DNA from: Deinococcales bacterium
GTDB lineage: Bacteria; Deinococcota; Deinococci; Deinococcales; JAAFIG01
Assembly (NCBI GenBank): GCA_043778225.1
Contig: JAYWGM010000015.1
Location: forward strand, 55,031 to 119,030
Reading direction: 5' to 3'
DNA length: 64,000 bases
The notes beneath the pieces were generated by a model. That model had not been told where the DNA came from. It saw only the letters and a list, made by a program, of their open reading frames with translations, and did no database searches. Each line of letters begins with the position of its first letter. Position 1 is the first letter of the stretch. Shown here one piece after another: positions 39,965 through 50,112 of the stretch. The position numbers and the translations under genes were made by a program.

Positions 39965-41203
39965 TTAATTGCGAAACAGCACTTGTTCTTTGCTAAAGTT
40001 GCGAAGCGCTAAGAATGCTGTTCCGACGGCAAAAATCAGGTTGGCAATCACAATGACTGCTATAATTTCTGGTGTGGCTTTGCCTTTGACAATATCAAGT
40101 ATTCCCAAAGTGCTGCCAATGATGGGTGTGGCATACAATAAGGTGCTGCGAGCAATAAAATCGCCAAACTGCATCCCGATTGACACAAACTGAGAAATGA
40201 TTTGTAAAGGCACAAGATACGTCTGGGCTTCCTTGAACGAACGCGCATAAATGCCAATCGAGACCAAAATACCAGATAACATCAGCGCCACTGTAATTCC
40301 AATCAAGAACATCGATAAAAATCCTTCTACCCCGAGATTTAAGTTACCACCAAATAAAGCGCTGATTTCGCTCGAGTCGCTAGAACCAAATTGCTTGAGG
40401 ACAATTGGGCTGAGTAACCCAGAAACCACAAAAGCCGAGACCTGCATGACTACACCAAACAGAGCAAACAAGGTGACTGCCAGTAATTTACCCAGCACGA
40501 CCTCGAGCCGCTTGACAGGGGAGACCAGCAGAATCTCAAGGCTACCGCGTTCTTTCTCGCCAGCCGTGCTGTCCACTGCCACGGTACTTGCGCCACCCAG
40601 AATCGCTAAGAAAATAAACATCGGGAATAAAAAAGCAAAGACCCCGCCGGAACGCTCCGAAACGGTTTCGGCATTGACCGCCGAAGCCCTAACTGGCTCG
40701 AGGGTCTCGGGCGTAAGTCCAACCGAAGCCAATTTTTTAACCACCAAAGACTTTGAGTAATTTTGAATCGCATCCTCAATTTTATTGCGAACCACCGAGG
40801 CTTTCTGATTGCTAAATTTAACAAAGACTTGAATATCCACTGGCTTTCCACCAGCCGAATTGGGTACACCGTTTTTGGGTATCGAAAGCGCCGCTTCGAC
40901 CTCGCCATTTTGGACAGCCTCGAGTGGCTTTTGAATCGGTTTGAGTTCGACCCCTGCGCCACCCGTCCCAGACTCGAGCAAAGTGCGTAAGGCTGGCGGC
41001 ATTTGGGCAATGTTTTCTACCCCCACAATTTGTTTTTTCTGAACTTCGCCACCAAATAAATTGCCAAACAGCAATGGAAACCCAATAATAAAGAGCGGAG
41101 TCATGATAAATGGCAAGATGATGCTGGCGCGAAACGCCTTGACATCCCGCACTGTAGAAAGTAACTCTTTATACGCTACGCGCCAAATAAAGTGAAAACG
41201 CAT
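39965..41203 (-). CDS. ABC transporter permease (NatB-like)
   Basis: KEL...RD, DSTAGEKERGSLE.LL.SP, GKLLAV, ARSFKEAQ.Y. Confidence 0.88.
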   Translation of the reverse strand: MRFHFIWRVAYKELLSTVRDVKAFRASIILPFIMTPLFIIGFPLLFGNLFGGEVQKKQIVGVENIAQMPPALRTLLESGTGGAGVELKPIQKPLEAVQNGEVEAALSIPKNGVPNSAGGKPVDIQVFVKFSNQKASVVRNKIEDAIQNYSKSLVVKKLASVGLTPETLEPVRASAVNAETVSERSGGVFAFLFPMFIFLAILGGASTVAVDSTAGEKERGSLEILLVSPVKRLEVVLGKLLAVTLFALFGVVMQVSAFVVSGLLSPIVLKQFGSSDSSEISALFGGNLNLGVEGFLSMFLIGITVALMLSGILVSIGIYARSFKEAQTYLVPLQIISQFVSIGMQFGDFIARSTLLYATPIIGSTLGILDIVKGKATPEIIAVIVIANLIFAVGTAFLALRNFSKEQVLFRN

Positions 41204-41931
41204 TATGCCACACCCCTTGTGAGTCTAAAGAAGGCTTCCTCGAGATTGCTTGCTCTAGTTTTGGTTTTTAGATGCTCGAGGGTGTCTTCGGCAATTAACT
41301 TTCCGTGGTCAATAATCGCCGCCCGTTCGCAGAGTTCTTCGGCTTCGGACATGATGTGGGTGCTGTAGAGTACCACTCGGTTTGAATTTTTATAGCTGCG
41401 TGCAAACTCGAGAACCGCCCGACGCGCCACCACATCTAAGCCGTTGGTGGCTTCGTCCAGAATCAAAACACTGGGGTTATGAATCACGGCTCGAGCAATC
41501 ACAATTTTTTGTTTCATACCGGTGCTGTACTCGCCAGCCCGGCGGTTTAAGAGTTCGTTCATCTCGAGCGCATCGGACAGTTCTTTAATGCGTTTTTCGG
41601 TATCTAATTTGCCCATGTTGTAGAAACCAGCAAAATACTCGAGAATCTCTTTACCCGTCAGGCGGTCGTATAAGCCCATGCCGCCATTGACCACACCAAT
41701 CGTGCGCCGTACCTCCTCGGGTTGGCGTTTGGTGTCAAAACCTGCCACAGTAGCCGTGCCACTGGTTGGCTCGAGCAAAGTTGCCAGCATTCGTAAGGTC
41801 GTGGTTTTACCTGCGCCGTTTGGACCAAGAAGTCCGTAAATCTCGCCAGCTTTGGCTTGAAATGAGAGGTTATCCACGGCTATGACTTTTGGGGAATATC
41901 GCTTACTTAGATTCTGAACGTCAATCATCAC
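41203..41931 (-). CDS. ABC transporter ATP-binding protein (NatA-like)
   Basis: GLLGPNGAGKTT, YSTGMKQK, ILDEAT.GLD, STH. Confidence 0.9.
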   Translation of the reverse strand: MMIDVQNLSKRYSPKVIAVDNLSFQAKAGEIYGLLGPNGAGKTTTLRMLATLLEPTSGTATVAGFDTKRQPEEVRRTIGVVNGGMGLYDRLTGKEILEYFAGFYNMGKLDTEKRIKELSDALEMNELLNRRAGEYSTGMKQKIVIARAVIHNPSVLILDEATNGLDVVARRAVLEFARSYKNSNRVVLYSTHIMSEAEELCERAAIIDHGKLIAEDTLEHLKTKTRASNLEEAFFRLTRGVA

Positions 41932-41985
41932 TTCTTACTTTACGAGACCCAAGATGAAAAAGTTGCGATGTGGTGAAAGTTCTAC

Positions 41986-44112
41986 TCAGTCATTGCCACT
42001 GACACCCATAATCCCCTTACTGCGCCCAGTTTGTAGATTCTCGAGCATTAGTTCTGCAACGTCCTTAATTGCCACACCACTGTCTTGGGCTTCTGGGGTG
42101 CTTTGCAACATGGATTTACAAAACGGACAGCCAACAGCCACGGTCTTTTCGGCTTGACTCGAGACTGTATTTTTAATTTCCCGCATTCGGTTGTCCGAGA
42201 CCCGTTCTGTGCCGTGTTCTTCTTCTTTCCAGAATTGCCCACCGCCCGCGCCACAGCAAAAACTCTTATCGCGACTTCGTTCAAGCTCGAGAATTTCAAA
42301 GCCAATGTTTTTAAGGTTCTCGCGTGGCGCATCGTAGACCCCATTGTGCCGTCCTAAATAACATGGGTCGTGATAGGTGATGTTGCCACTCGAGAAATCG
42401 CCCATTTCGAGTAATTTATCCGAGACCAATTGCTCGAGGTAGGTGGTGTGGTGCATAACTGTGTAATTGCCGCCAAGTTGTGGGTACTCGTTGCCAATCA
42501 TGTTCATGCAGTGTGGGCAGGTGGCAACAATCAGTTTTGGCTGGACACTGTTTAGGGTTGCGACGTTTTTATTCGCCAGTTCTTGATACAAGTATTCGTT
42601 GCCCGTGCGCCTTGCGGTATCGCCAGTGCAGCTTTCTTTTTTGCCCAGCACCGCAAAATTGACTTTGGCGGCTTGCAGCAATTGCACAAAGCTCCTCGAG
42701 ACTTTCTGAGCGCTCGGGTCGTAAGTTGCAGCGCAGCCAACCCAGTACAGCACGTCTGGATTTGGATTTTGCTCGATGGTTGGCACATTTAGACCATCTG
42801 CCCATTCCATGCGTTTTTCGCTCGAGATTCCCCATGGGTTGCCTTGGCGCTCCATGCCCGTAAAAGCGTTTTGCAGTTGCTTTGGGAATTCCCCAGCCAT
42901 CATCACCCGCTCACGGCGAATATCAATAATATCGAGCATTTGTTCATCCTGCACAGGGCAAACCTGCATACAAGCGCCGCAAGTGGTACAGCCCCAAACC
43001 GATTCTGGGTTAATGGCAAACTCGAGTAAGGGTCGTGGCGAAGCATGACCCTCGAGAAAACTTGGGCGCAACTCAAACGGGCTGCCAATCAAGGTGTTGA
43101 GTTCCATGCGCTTGTTAATCTCGAGTGCGGCTGGACTGAGCGCCTTGCCGGTCGCATTAGCAGGGCAGACATCTTGGCAACGATTGCACTGAATGCAGGC
43201 ATAGGCATCTAAAAGCCTTGGGAAACTTAAATCCTCGAGCCTTAAAGCTCCAACTTTAGGTTCGTCGGACTCCAGAATACTTAAATCCATGAATGGAATC
43301 ACACCACTCGAAACGGGTTGCCCAGCTTGCCGTCGCTCGAGTGCATAATTAAAAGTCGCCATCGCAATATGAATGTGTTTAGACCGAGCAAAATAGGGAA
43401 TGAAAACCAGAATGCTGCCAAGCGCTCCCCAGAAAGTGATGTGAAGCCCAACAATTAAACTGCTCTCGGAAGGGGCTAAGGTGGCAATGGCGGCTGCCAT
43501 CAGAGAAGCAAATGGCTGAAATACATCTGGGCTTGTGCCAGACTCGAGCAATTTTAGTCCTTGTCCAACAAAGCGCATTCCAACATGAAAGGTAATAAAA
43601 GCCGAAACAATGCCACTATCGGTGGGAATCTTGCCATTTTGCACTGCCTTGTGCAGCAGGGTGCGCGGATTAAAGGAAAAAGTCTTTGCGCCACTGGCGG
43701 TAAAAAAGCGACGAATCCAGAGTCCAATCACGCCAAGTAAAATTGCCCCTGTCAACAAGTCTGCACCGAGTAAATAGAGGGCGGTGTACCATGTATCGCT
43801 TTTGACGTGGAAACCAAAGAAACCCTCGAGTCCATCTACGATATTGACCAGTAGATAGTAAGTAAAACCCAGAAAAATCCCAGAATGTAAAGCGCTGACC
43901 CAAAAGCGGTCTCTAAAAACTCGAGACATCGTGATGGTTGTCCAAAGCGCCGCGCCAATGCGGTTTGGAAGGTTGTCAAAGCGGTCTTCGGTGTCTTTTG
44001 CGCCGCGTTGAATGGCGAGGAAAATTCGGTAAAAATAGAGCATTCCCCACGAACCAAAAAAACCAGCCATGAGAATAAAAACAATTTTCTCGAGAATCGA
44101 TAGTTCAAACAT
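41986..44112 (-). CDS. Membrane-bound Fe-S oxidoreductase (FadF/heterodisulfide-reductase-like, CCG domains)
   Basis: N-terminal TMs, CIQCNRCQDVCP and CTTCGACMQVCP, YHDPCYLGR, CCGAGGG. Confidence 0.9.
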   Translation of the reverse strand: MFELSILEKIVFILMAGFFGSWGMLYFYRIFLAIQRGAKDTEDRFDNLPNRIGAALWTTITMSRVFRDRFWVSALHSGIFLGFTYYLLVNIVDGLEGFFGFHVKSDTWYTALYLLGADLLTGAILLGVIGLWIRRFFTASGAKTFSFNPRTLLHKAVQNGKIPTDSGIVSAFITFHVGMRFVGQGLKLLESGTSPDVFQPFASLMAAAIATLAPSESSLIVGLHITFWGALGSILVFIPYFARSKHIHIAMATFNYALERRQAGQPVSSGVIPFMDLSILESDEPKVGALRLEDLSFPRLLDAYACIQCNRCQDVCPANATGKALSPAALEINKRMELNTLIGSPFELRPSFLEGHASPRPLLEFAINPESVWGCTTCGACMQVCPVQDEQMLDIIDIRRERVMMAGEFPKQLQNAFTGMERQGNPWGISSEKRMEWADGLNVPTIEQNPNPDVLYWVGCAATYDPSAQKVSRSFVQLLQAAKVNFAVLGKKESCTGDTARRTGNEYLYQELANKNVATLNSVQPKLIVATCPHCMNMIGNEYPQLGGNYTVMHHTTYLEQLVSDKLLEMGDFSSGNITYHDPCYLGRHNGVYDAPRENLKNIGFEILELERSRDKSFCCGAGGGQFWKEEEHGTERVSDNRMREIKNTVSSQAEKTVAVGCPFCKSMLQSTPEAQDSGVAIKDVAELMLENLQTGRSKGIMGVSGND

Positions 44113-44170
44113 GATGCCTCCTCATTGGAATGGTGCAAGTCTAACAAATCTGAGGATTACAAAGAATGAA

Positions 44171-44575
44171 TTAGGCAACAAAACGAATTTCCTCAAAAAT
44201 ATCTGATTCTAAGCTCTCGAGTTTTTCTGAATTTTGCTGATGCAGTGGTCTAAAAGTATTTGTCGTGATGACGAAAAAACCCAGCGTGTTTTCCTTGTGC
44301 CAGCCTTGACTTATTAGCTCCGCAAATCCTGATGCCTTGCCATCATGAGCAATCAGCAAGTAGTGGCTTGGGTTTTCTTGGCAATGCTGTTCTATTTTTT
44401 CTAAAAGCTCGAGTTTTTGCCCTTGAGTTACCATGCCTCTGGCAACAAGCGAGATTATTTTTGGTACATCTGGGATTCCAGTCTCGATGATGCTTGCGCC
44501 CACAAAATCTATTTCTATTCCGACTTTTAATTGTTTTTGCTGCATTTTTTCCTTCAACTTGAAATTGTGGTGCAT
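44171..44575 (-). CDS. Hypothetical protein
   Basis: 134-aa ORF filling the gap downstream of ychF. Confidence 0.5.
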   Translation of the reverse strand: MHHNFKLKEKMQQKQLKVGIEIDFVGASIIETGIPDVPKIISLVARGMVTQGQKLELLEKIEQHCQENPSHYLLIAHDGKASGFAELISQGWHKENTLGFFVITTNTFRPLHQQNSEKLESLESDIFEEIRFVA

Positions 44576-44603
44576 AAAGTTAATCTATGCACCACAATTT
44601 AAT

Positions 44604-45689
44604 CTAAACATTAAACAAGAAATTCACCACATCACCATCGCGCATTTCGTACTCTTTGCCTTCGCTTCTGACCCAGCCTTTGGCTTTAGCAGCCACCAAA
44701 TTCCCTGCTTCGATTAACTTTTCCCATTCAATCACTTCGGCGCGAATAAAACCACGTTCAATATCGGTGTGAATCTCGCCAGCCGCTTGCGGTGCTTTTG
44801 TGCCTTTTTTAATTGTCCAAGCTCTGGTTTCTTTTTCGCCAGCCGTGATAAACGTTTGCAAGCCCAAGGAATGAAAACCAACTTTGACCAGTCGCTCGAG
44901 ACCAGATTCGGTCAAGCCCAGTGTCTCGAGGAACATGGCTGCTTCCTCTGGCTCAAGGTCGGCAATTTCACCTTCGATTTGCGCCGAAATTTTAACCACA
45001 TCTGCGCCTTCTTTGGCAGCATACTCGCGTACCGTTTTTACATGGTCGTTGTCTTCGGCTAAAGTTTCTTCGTCTACGTTCATCACGTACAGCAAAGGTT
45101 TAGAGGTAATCAGACCAAGTTCTTTTGGAATCTCGATACCCGTCAAACGGGCTGGGATACCATCGGCAAGCGGTTTGAGAATCGCCTCGACTTTCTCGAG
45201 CAACTCGGCATCGTCTTTGCTGCCTTTGGCGTTTTTGCGTAGGCGGTCAATTCGTTTTTCTAAAGTTTGTAAATCTGCCAGTGCCAATTCGATGTTGATA
45301 ATTTCGATGTCCTCGAGCGGATTAATTTTACCCGCCACATGGATAATATCTGGATTTTCAAAGCAGCGCACCACATGAGCAATAGCGCTGACTTCGCGGA
45401 TGTGTGCTAAAAATTGGTTGCCAAGCCCTTCGCCAGAACTTGCGCCTTTGACTAAGCCCGCGATGTCCACAAATTCAACATGGGTTTCGATAATTTGCGG
45501 CACACGCTCGCCTTTGCTGTAGAGCTTAGAAAGTTGGTCAAGTCGAGTGTCGCGCAGACTGACCATACCAATGTTTTTATCTATGGTTGCAAATGGATAG
45601 TTGGCGCTCAGTGCGCCCGCTTTGGTGATGGCATTAAAAAGTGTTGATTTTCCGACATTGGGCAAGCCCACGATTCCAATTCCTAACAT
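44604..45689 (-). CDS. ychF: Redox-regulated ATPase YchF
   Basis: GIVGLPNVGKSTLFN, NYPFATI, DIAGLVKGAS.GEGLGNQFL, IHTD.ERGFIRAE; GGAGGA RBS before ATG 45689. Confidence 0.96.
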   Translation of the reverse strand: MLGIGIVGLPNVGKSTLFNAITKAGALSANYPFATIDKNIGMVSLRDTRLDQLSKLYSKGERVPQIIETHVEFVDIAGLVKGASSGEGLGNQFLAHIREVSAIAHVVRCFENPDIIHVAGKINPLEDIEIINIELALADLQTLEKRIDRLRKNAKGSKDDAELLEKVEAILKPLADGIPARLTGIEIPKELGLITSKPLLYVMNVDEETLAEDNDHVKTVREYAAKEGADVVKISAQIEGEIADLEPEEAAMFLETLGLTESGLERLVKVGFHSLGLQTFITAGEKETRAWTIKKGTKAPQAAGEIHTDIERGFIRAEVIEWEKLIEAGNLVAAKAKGWVRSEGKEYEMRDGDVVNFLFNV

Positions 45690-45810
45690 ATGTCCTCCAA
45701 CTCGAGGATTCTCGAGCAAACTTTGAAACAATAGCAAATACTTTGTGTAAACAACAGTGATAGACAAGACTTCGCAAATTTGCTAATATAACCATACACA
45801 TGGAGCGCTT

Positions 45811-46005
45811 TTGAAAGTCCGTGAAATCAAGAAATTACTTGTAGAACAAGGGTATTTTTTTCATCGCTATGGAAAAGGAGACCATGAAATCTGGATCAAT
45901 CAAGCTGGACATAAAATCACACTTGGAGATGGGGCAAACGGTGTTGAACTTGGTATTGGAATCGCTAACAAGATACTGAAATCTATAGGAGTAAAACGCA
46001 AATGA
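45811..46005 (+). CDS. hicA: HicA family toxin
   Basis: MKVREIKKLL..QGY.F.R.GKGDHEIW, dsRBD-like HicA motif. Confidence 0.85.
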   Translation: MKVREIKKLLVEQGYFFHRYGKGDHEIWINQAGHKITLGDGANGVELGIGIANKILKSIGVKRK

Positions 46006-46451
46006 AATACTTGGCTGTTATTGGTAAAGCTGCACCGCGCAGTTGGAATGCGTTTTTTCCTGATTTTCCTGATGCTTTTACAACAGCATCTTCGAGGAGT
46101 GCATTGCTGAACAAATTATCGGAATTACTGGGATTATGCCTTGAGGAATATCCTGTGCCAACCGAAAGAATCCAGCTTTTTGATCAAATTCACCCTGATG
46201 ACCTTGAAGGGTTGTCGGAGGTTGAGACTACCCTGATTACCGCACTCGAGATAAACCCTGTGAGTCTAGAAGTGGCTCGGGCTATTGACCAAAGTCAACT
46301 CACACCATCCGAAATTGCCAAGCGAATGAAAACTACGCCAAGTTCAATTTCAAGAATGCGAGATCCAAAATACTCTGGTCATAGTATTTCGGCACTTTCT
46401 AGGTTGGCTGAGGCTGTTGGTGCAAAACTAACAGTGCGCCTCGAGAGGTAA
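46002..46451 (+). CDS. hicB: HicB family antitoxin with C-terminal HTH
   Basis: KYLAVI...W.AFFPDFP.AFT; C-terminal LT.SEIAKRM.TT.SSISR. Confidence 0.85.
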   Translation: MKYLAVIGKAAPRSWNAFFPDFPDAFTTASSRSALLNKLSELLGLCLEEYPVPTERIQLFDQIHPDDLEGLSEVETTLITALEINPVSLEVARAIDQSQLTPSEIAKRMKTTPSSISRMRDPKYSGHSISALSRLAEAVGAKLTVRLER

Positions 46452-46460
46452 TGGTCTGAT

Positions 46461-46571
46461 ACACCCCGAGACGTGATGCACCGTACACCCCGAGACGTGG
46501 GACTCGGCACACCTCGAGACGTGGGACTCGGCACACCTCGAGACGTGGGATTCTGACTCGCCTCGAGACGT
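46461..46571. repeat. Intergenic 24-bp tandem repeat (about 4.6 units)
   Basis: ACACCYCGAGACGTGGGACTCGGC units starting at 46461, 46485, 46509, 46533 and a partial unit at about 46557. Confidence 0.88.
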
Positions 46572-46603
46572 TCGTATCTATGGCTTGGCGTTAGAATAAA
46601 GTC

Positions 46604-47056
46604 ATGAAAGCGCCTACTTTTAAGCTATCTGACCAAAATAATGTAACCCACAGCCTCGAGCAGTACCACGGTAGCTGGTTGGTGCTGTACTTTTATCCAA
46701 AAGACGATACCCCCGGTTGCACCAAAGAAGCCTGTTCTTTCCGCGATGGCTTAGGCAACTTAACCGCGCTCGGGGCAAAAGTGTTTGGAGTCAGTGCCGA
46801 CAACGTGGACAGCCACGGCAAATTTGCAAGCAAGTACAACCTCAATTTTCCACTTTTAGCCGATGCTGGCGCAGAAATTGCTAAAGCATATGGAGCTTAT
46901 GGCGAAAAAAATATGTACGGCAAGATTTTTACTGGCATTTTGCGCCATACGTTTTTAATCAATCCAGAAGGCGAAATCGTTAAAACGTGGAAAAAAGTGA
47001 TGACCGATAGCCACGCTGCCGATGTTGAAAAAGTTTTACGTGAGGCACAGGCGTGA
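46604..47056 (+). CDS. bcp: Peroxiredoxin Bcp
   Basis: VLYFYPKDDTPGCTKEACSFRD. Confidence 0.94.
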   Translation: MKAPTFKLSDQNNVTHSLEQYHGSWLVLYFYPKDDTPGCTKEACSFRDGLGNLTALGAKVFGVSADNVDSHGKFASKYNLNFPLLADAGAEIAKAYGAYGEKNMYGKIFTGILRHTFLINPEGEIVKTWKKVMTDSHAADVEKVLREAQA

Positions 47057-47739
47057 ATCTCGAGGCACTTAAAGAACAAGCTGGTATTAAAGCCGTGGAC
47101 TATATCGAAACAGGTATGACGGTTGGACTAGGGACTGGCAGCACTGCCAAACACGCGATTCTCGAGTTGGGGCGGCGCTTAAAGGCTGGGCGCTTGGCAG
47201 ATATTATCGGTGTAGCCACCAGCCTTGAATCCGAAAAACTGGCGCTCGAGTGCGGTATTCCACTGATGGAACTCAGTGCGGCTGGGGTTGACCTTGCCAT
47301 AGACGGCGCAGACGAAATAGACCCGAACCTCGAATTAATCAAAGGCGGTGGCGGTGCGTTGGTGCGTGAAAAACTGGTCGAATTTAGCGCCAAACGCTTT
47401 ATTGTCGTGGCAGACCACACCAAACTTGTGCCGTACCTCGGTTATAAATGGGCTGTGCCGGTCGAAATGATGCCATGGGGTTCTCGAGCCACGATGGTGA
47501 AACTGGCGGATATTGCGCCGCAGGTGCAAGTGCGTTTACGTATGAAGGATGGGCAAACGGTCTTGTCAGACAACGGTAATTTTATTGCCGATTGCAAATT
47601 TAGGGAAATTATAGACCCTCGAGAACTCGATGCCAGAATGCGCCATATTCCAGGTGTGATTGGCACAGGTCTATTTGTTGGTTATGCCGACATGGCAATT
47701 ATTGCTGGAGAAAACGGTCTCGAGATTTTTAAGCGCTAA
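47053..47739 (+). CDS. rpiA: Ribose-5-phosphate isomerase A
   Basis: VGLGTGST, IDGADEID, IKGGGGALVREK, SDNGNFI.D. Confidence 0.95.
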   Translation: MNLEALKEQAGIKAVDYIETGMTVGLGTGSTAKHAILELGRRLKAGRLADIIGVATSLESEKLALECGIPLMELSAAGVDLAIDGADEIDPNLELIKGGGGALVREKLVEFSAKRFIVVADHTKLVPYLGYKWAVPVEMMPWGSRATMVKLADIAPQVQVRLRMKDGQTVLSDNGNFIADCKFREIIDPRELDARMRHIPGVIGTGLFVGYADMAIIAGENGLEIFKR

Positions 47740-47807
47740 ACGGCAAGTTTCATTGCAAAATTTAGACAAGGTTCGGTTTTGGTATCGCTATTACTCCTTG
47801 TTAGTTG

Positions 47808-47838
47808 GTTAATCAGTCAAAATACGCGACTGATTAAC
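47808..47838. promoter_or_regulatory. Perfect 11-bp inverted repeat upstream of P450 (operator or terminator)
   Basis: GTTAATCAGTC-N9-GACTGATTAAC, about 20 bp upstream of TATAAT. Confidence 0.55.
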
Positions 47839-47869
47839 TTAATTTCGTGTGATAAGTATAATACTTACC

Positions 47870-49090
47870 ATGCAAACCCATCATCTCGAGTTGAACAACC
47901 CAGATTTTATTCGTAACCCGTACCCGTTGCTCGAGGAATTACGCAACGCCAAGCCGATTTTTTTTGATACCACTTGGAATAAAGTCTTTGTGCTGCGCTA
48001 CGACCATATCTCGAGCTTACTGCGCGATAAACGCCTTGGGCGCAGTATTTTCCATGTTCTTAGCCGTGACGAATTGGGTTTTCCACCGCCAGATGCTCGT
48101 TTAACTGCTTTTGATGCCTTCCAAGAACATCATATTTTGGATATGGAAGGTCGCGGGCATACGCGCCTTCGTGGCTTGGTGCAAAAAGCCTTCACGCCCT
48201 CGAGGGTCGAGAATCTGCGCCTGAGAATTCGAGATTTGGTGGCACAGAGTTTTAATCATTTGCCACAAACTTTTGATGCGGTGCGTGATTTTGCTGAGCC
48301 GCTTCCGGTCACGGTGATTGCCGAATTGCTTGGTGTGCCGCAAACCGACAGGCATTTGTTGCGCCCATGGAGCGCCGCGATTGTTAAGCTTTACGAACTG
48401 GGGTACTCGGACGAAACTGCCATGGCTGGTAACACGGCGGTTCTCGAGTTCTCGAGCTACATCCAAAGCCTTGCCAATCTGCGTCGGACAAAGCCAGAAG
48501 ACGACCTGATTTCGGCACTGGTAGAAGTCGAGGAAGCAGGCGAGAAGTTATCCAATGCCGAATTGGTGGCAAACTGCATACTATTTTTGAATGCGGGTCA
48601 TGAAGCCACGGTCAATGGTCTCTCGAGTGCGCTGTTGGCACTGCACAATCACCCGAGTGCTAAAGCCGAATTGGTGGCTGCCACCAGCCAGCCAGACAAC
48701 GCCAAAATCTGGCAGACTGCCATAGACGAACTGCTGCGCTTTGATACGCCACTGCCAATGTTTGAACGCTGGGTTCTCGAGGACATGGAATTTGCTGGGG
48801 TGCAGCTTAAAAAAGGAATGGAATTGGCGCTACTCTATGCCAGTGGCAACCGCGACCCAAATAAATTCGAGCATCCCGACCAGATGATGCTGACCCGAGA
48901 ACCAAATATGCACCTGACCTTTGGGCTTGGCACACACTACTGCATTGGTGCGCCTTTGGCTCGGCTCGAGATGGGTGTGGCGCTGCGGATGTTTCTGCAA
49001 AAATTCCCAAATTATGTTGTCCCAAAGCAGTCACTCGAGTATACAGGTTTTGTGATTCGTGGCTTAAAGCACTTGATTGTGGAGACTTAA
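47870..49090 (+). CDS. Cytochrome P450
   Basis: HTRLR, AGHEAT, DELLRFD, heme motif HLTFGLGTHYCIG; ATG at 47870 follows TATAAT. Confidence 0.94.
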   Translation: MQTHHLELNNPDFIRNPYPLLEELRNAKPIFFDTTWNKVFVLRYDHISSLLRDKRLGRSIFHVLSRDELGFPPPDARLTAFDAFQEHHILDMEGRGHTRLRGLVQKAFTPSRVENLRLRIRDLVAQSFNHLPQTFDAVRDFAEPLPVTVIAELLGVPQTDRHLLRPWSAAIVKLYELGYSDETAMAGNTAVLEFSSYIQSLANLRRTKPEDDLISALVEVEEAGEKLSNAELVANCILFLNAGHEATVNGLSSALLALHNHPSAKAELVAATSQPDNAKIWQTAIDELLRFDTPLPMFERWVLEDMEFAGVQLKKGMELALLYASGNRDPNKFEHPDQMMLTREPNMHLTFGLGTHYCIGAPLARLEMGVALRMFLQKFPNYVVPKQSLEYTGFVIRGLKHLIVET

Positions 49091-49091
49091 A

Positions 49092-50072
49092 TTATTCTTC
49101 AAAGACAATTTCGCTCAGGTCGGCATTGAAGTTAAATTGTGTGCCGCGTTGCTCGAGTAGGTCGCTGAGTTTTAGGCGTTTGCCTTGGTAAAGTAAACGG
49201 TCGTTATCAGCTTTGCCTGTCCGCAAGTATTCAAAAAAAGTTAGGTCGGTTTGTTGTTTTTGTTGAGCGGTAAAGTATTTGTCCATACGTCGGTAGAGCT
49301 TTGGGAGAATCAGTGCGCCGTTCTCACCGATGTTCTCAAAACTGGGGGCGCTGAAGTCTTGACTTTGGTCTAGTTTCCAGATACCAGCATTGGTTTTTCT
49401 GGCTTGTACCACGGCTTTTTTGAACGCTTCACGGTGGGCTTTTGGTTGAGATAAATACATTTCTGGGTAGGCAAAACCCTGCTCGAGCAACTGGTAATTC
49501 AGGCTGGTCTCGAGCCATTCGGCTTTAATTGGGGTGCGGCTTTCTTGGCTGTATGTCCAATCTTTTTCGCGGTAAACGTAGACCACGGGGCGACCGTTTG
49601 TCCCGTTTGGTGCGGCTCGAGTCAGTAGCACAGCACGGATGCGGTTTGGTGTGGCTTGACGAACTTCTTTGCCTTTTGGGGTGTATTCAAGATTTTTATA
49701 GCCCAAGTAACTGAGGGTGTAATCTCTGGCTTCTTTTCCGTAGGGCTGACGATTATCGCCGTCACCAAATTCGGGGGTGTCAATGCCTTCAAATCTAAGT
49801 TGAACACTGTTTTTCTTGTCTGGGTCGGTTTGGTTATTGTTGCTTGGTGTGTCCAGGTAGGCACGGTGAATACTTTGGGCATTCTCGAGTAAATCCCAAT
49901 CTTTGGTGTTATTGGCAATAAAACGGGCGCTGTCGCCGTCAGGACCATAGCTTTCGACCACAAATGCGCTTTTGACGACGGTATATATACTACTGTCAGG
50001 TGCTTGGAGTGGTTGAGCAAAGGCGAGCGAGGTGAACAGCATCAGTGCAAGGCTTGATTTTCTGGTGTCCAT
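49092..50072 (-). CDS. Secreted thermonuclease (SNase)-family protein
   Basis: Signal peptide; PDGDS, LRFEGIDTPE, GRPVVYVY, NYQLL.QG.A, A......GIW. Confidence 0.8.
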   Translation of the reverse strand: MDTRKSSLALMLFTSLAFAQPLQAPDSSIYTVVKSAFVVESYGPDGDSARFIANNTKDWDLLENAQSIHRAYLDTPSNNNQTDPDKKNSVQLRFEGIDTPEFGDGDNRQPYGKEARDYTLSYLGYKNLEYTPKGKEVRQATPNRIRAVLLTRAAPNGTNGRPVVYVYREKDWTYSQESRTPIKAEWLETSLNYQLLEQGFAYPEMYLSQPKAHREAFKKAVVQARKTNAGIWKLDQSQDFSAPSFENIGENGALILPKLYRRMDKYFTAQQKQQTDLTFFEYLRTGKADNDRLLYQGKRLKLSDLLEQRGTQFNFNADLSEIVFEE

Positions 50073-50112
50073 TTCGCTCCTAGCGTAACATAATAACTGG
50101 CTGAGATGATCT

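Noticed and set aside
46461..46571. Possible CRISPR array
   Set aside because: The period is only 24 bp, tails are 9 bp and partly identical, and no cas genes are present; it is a tandem repeat.
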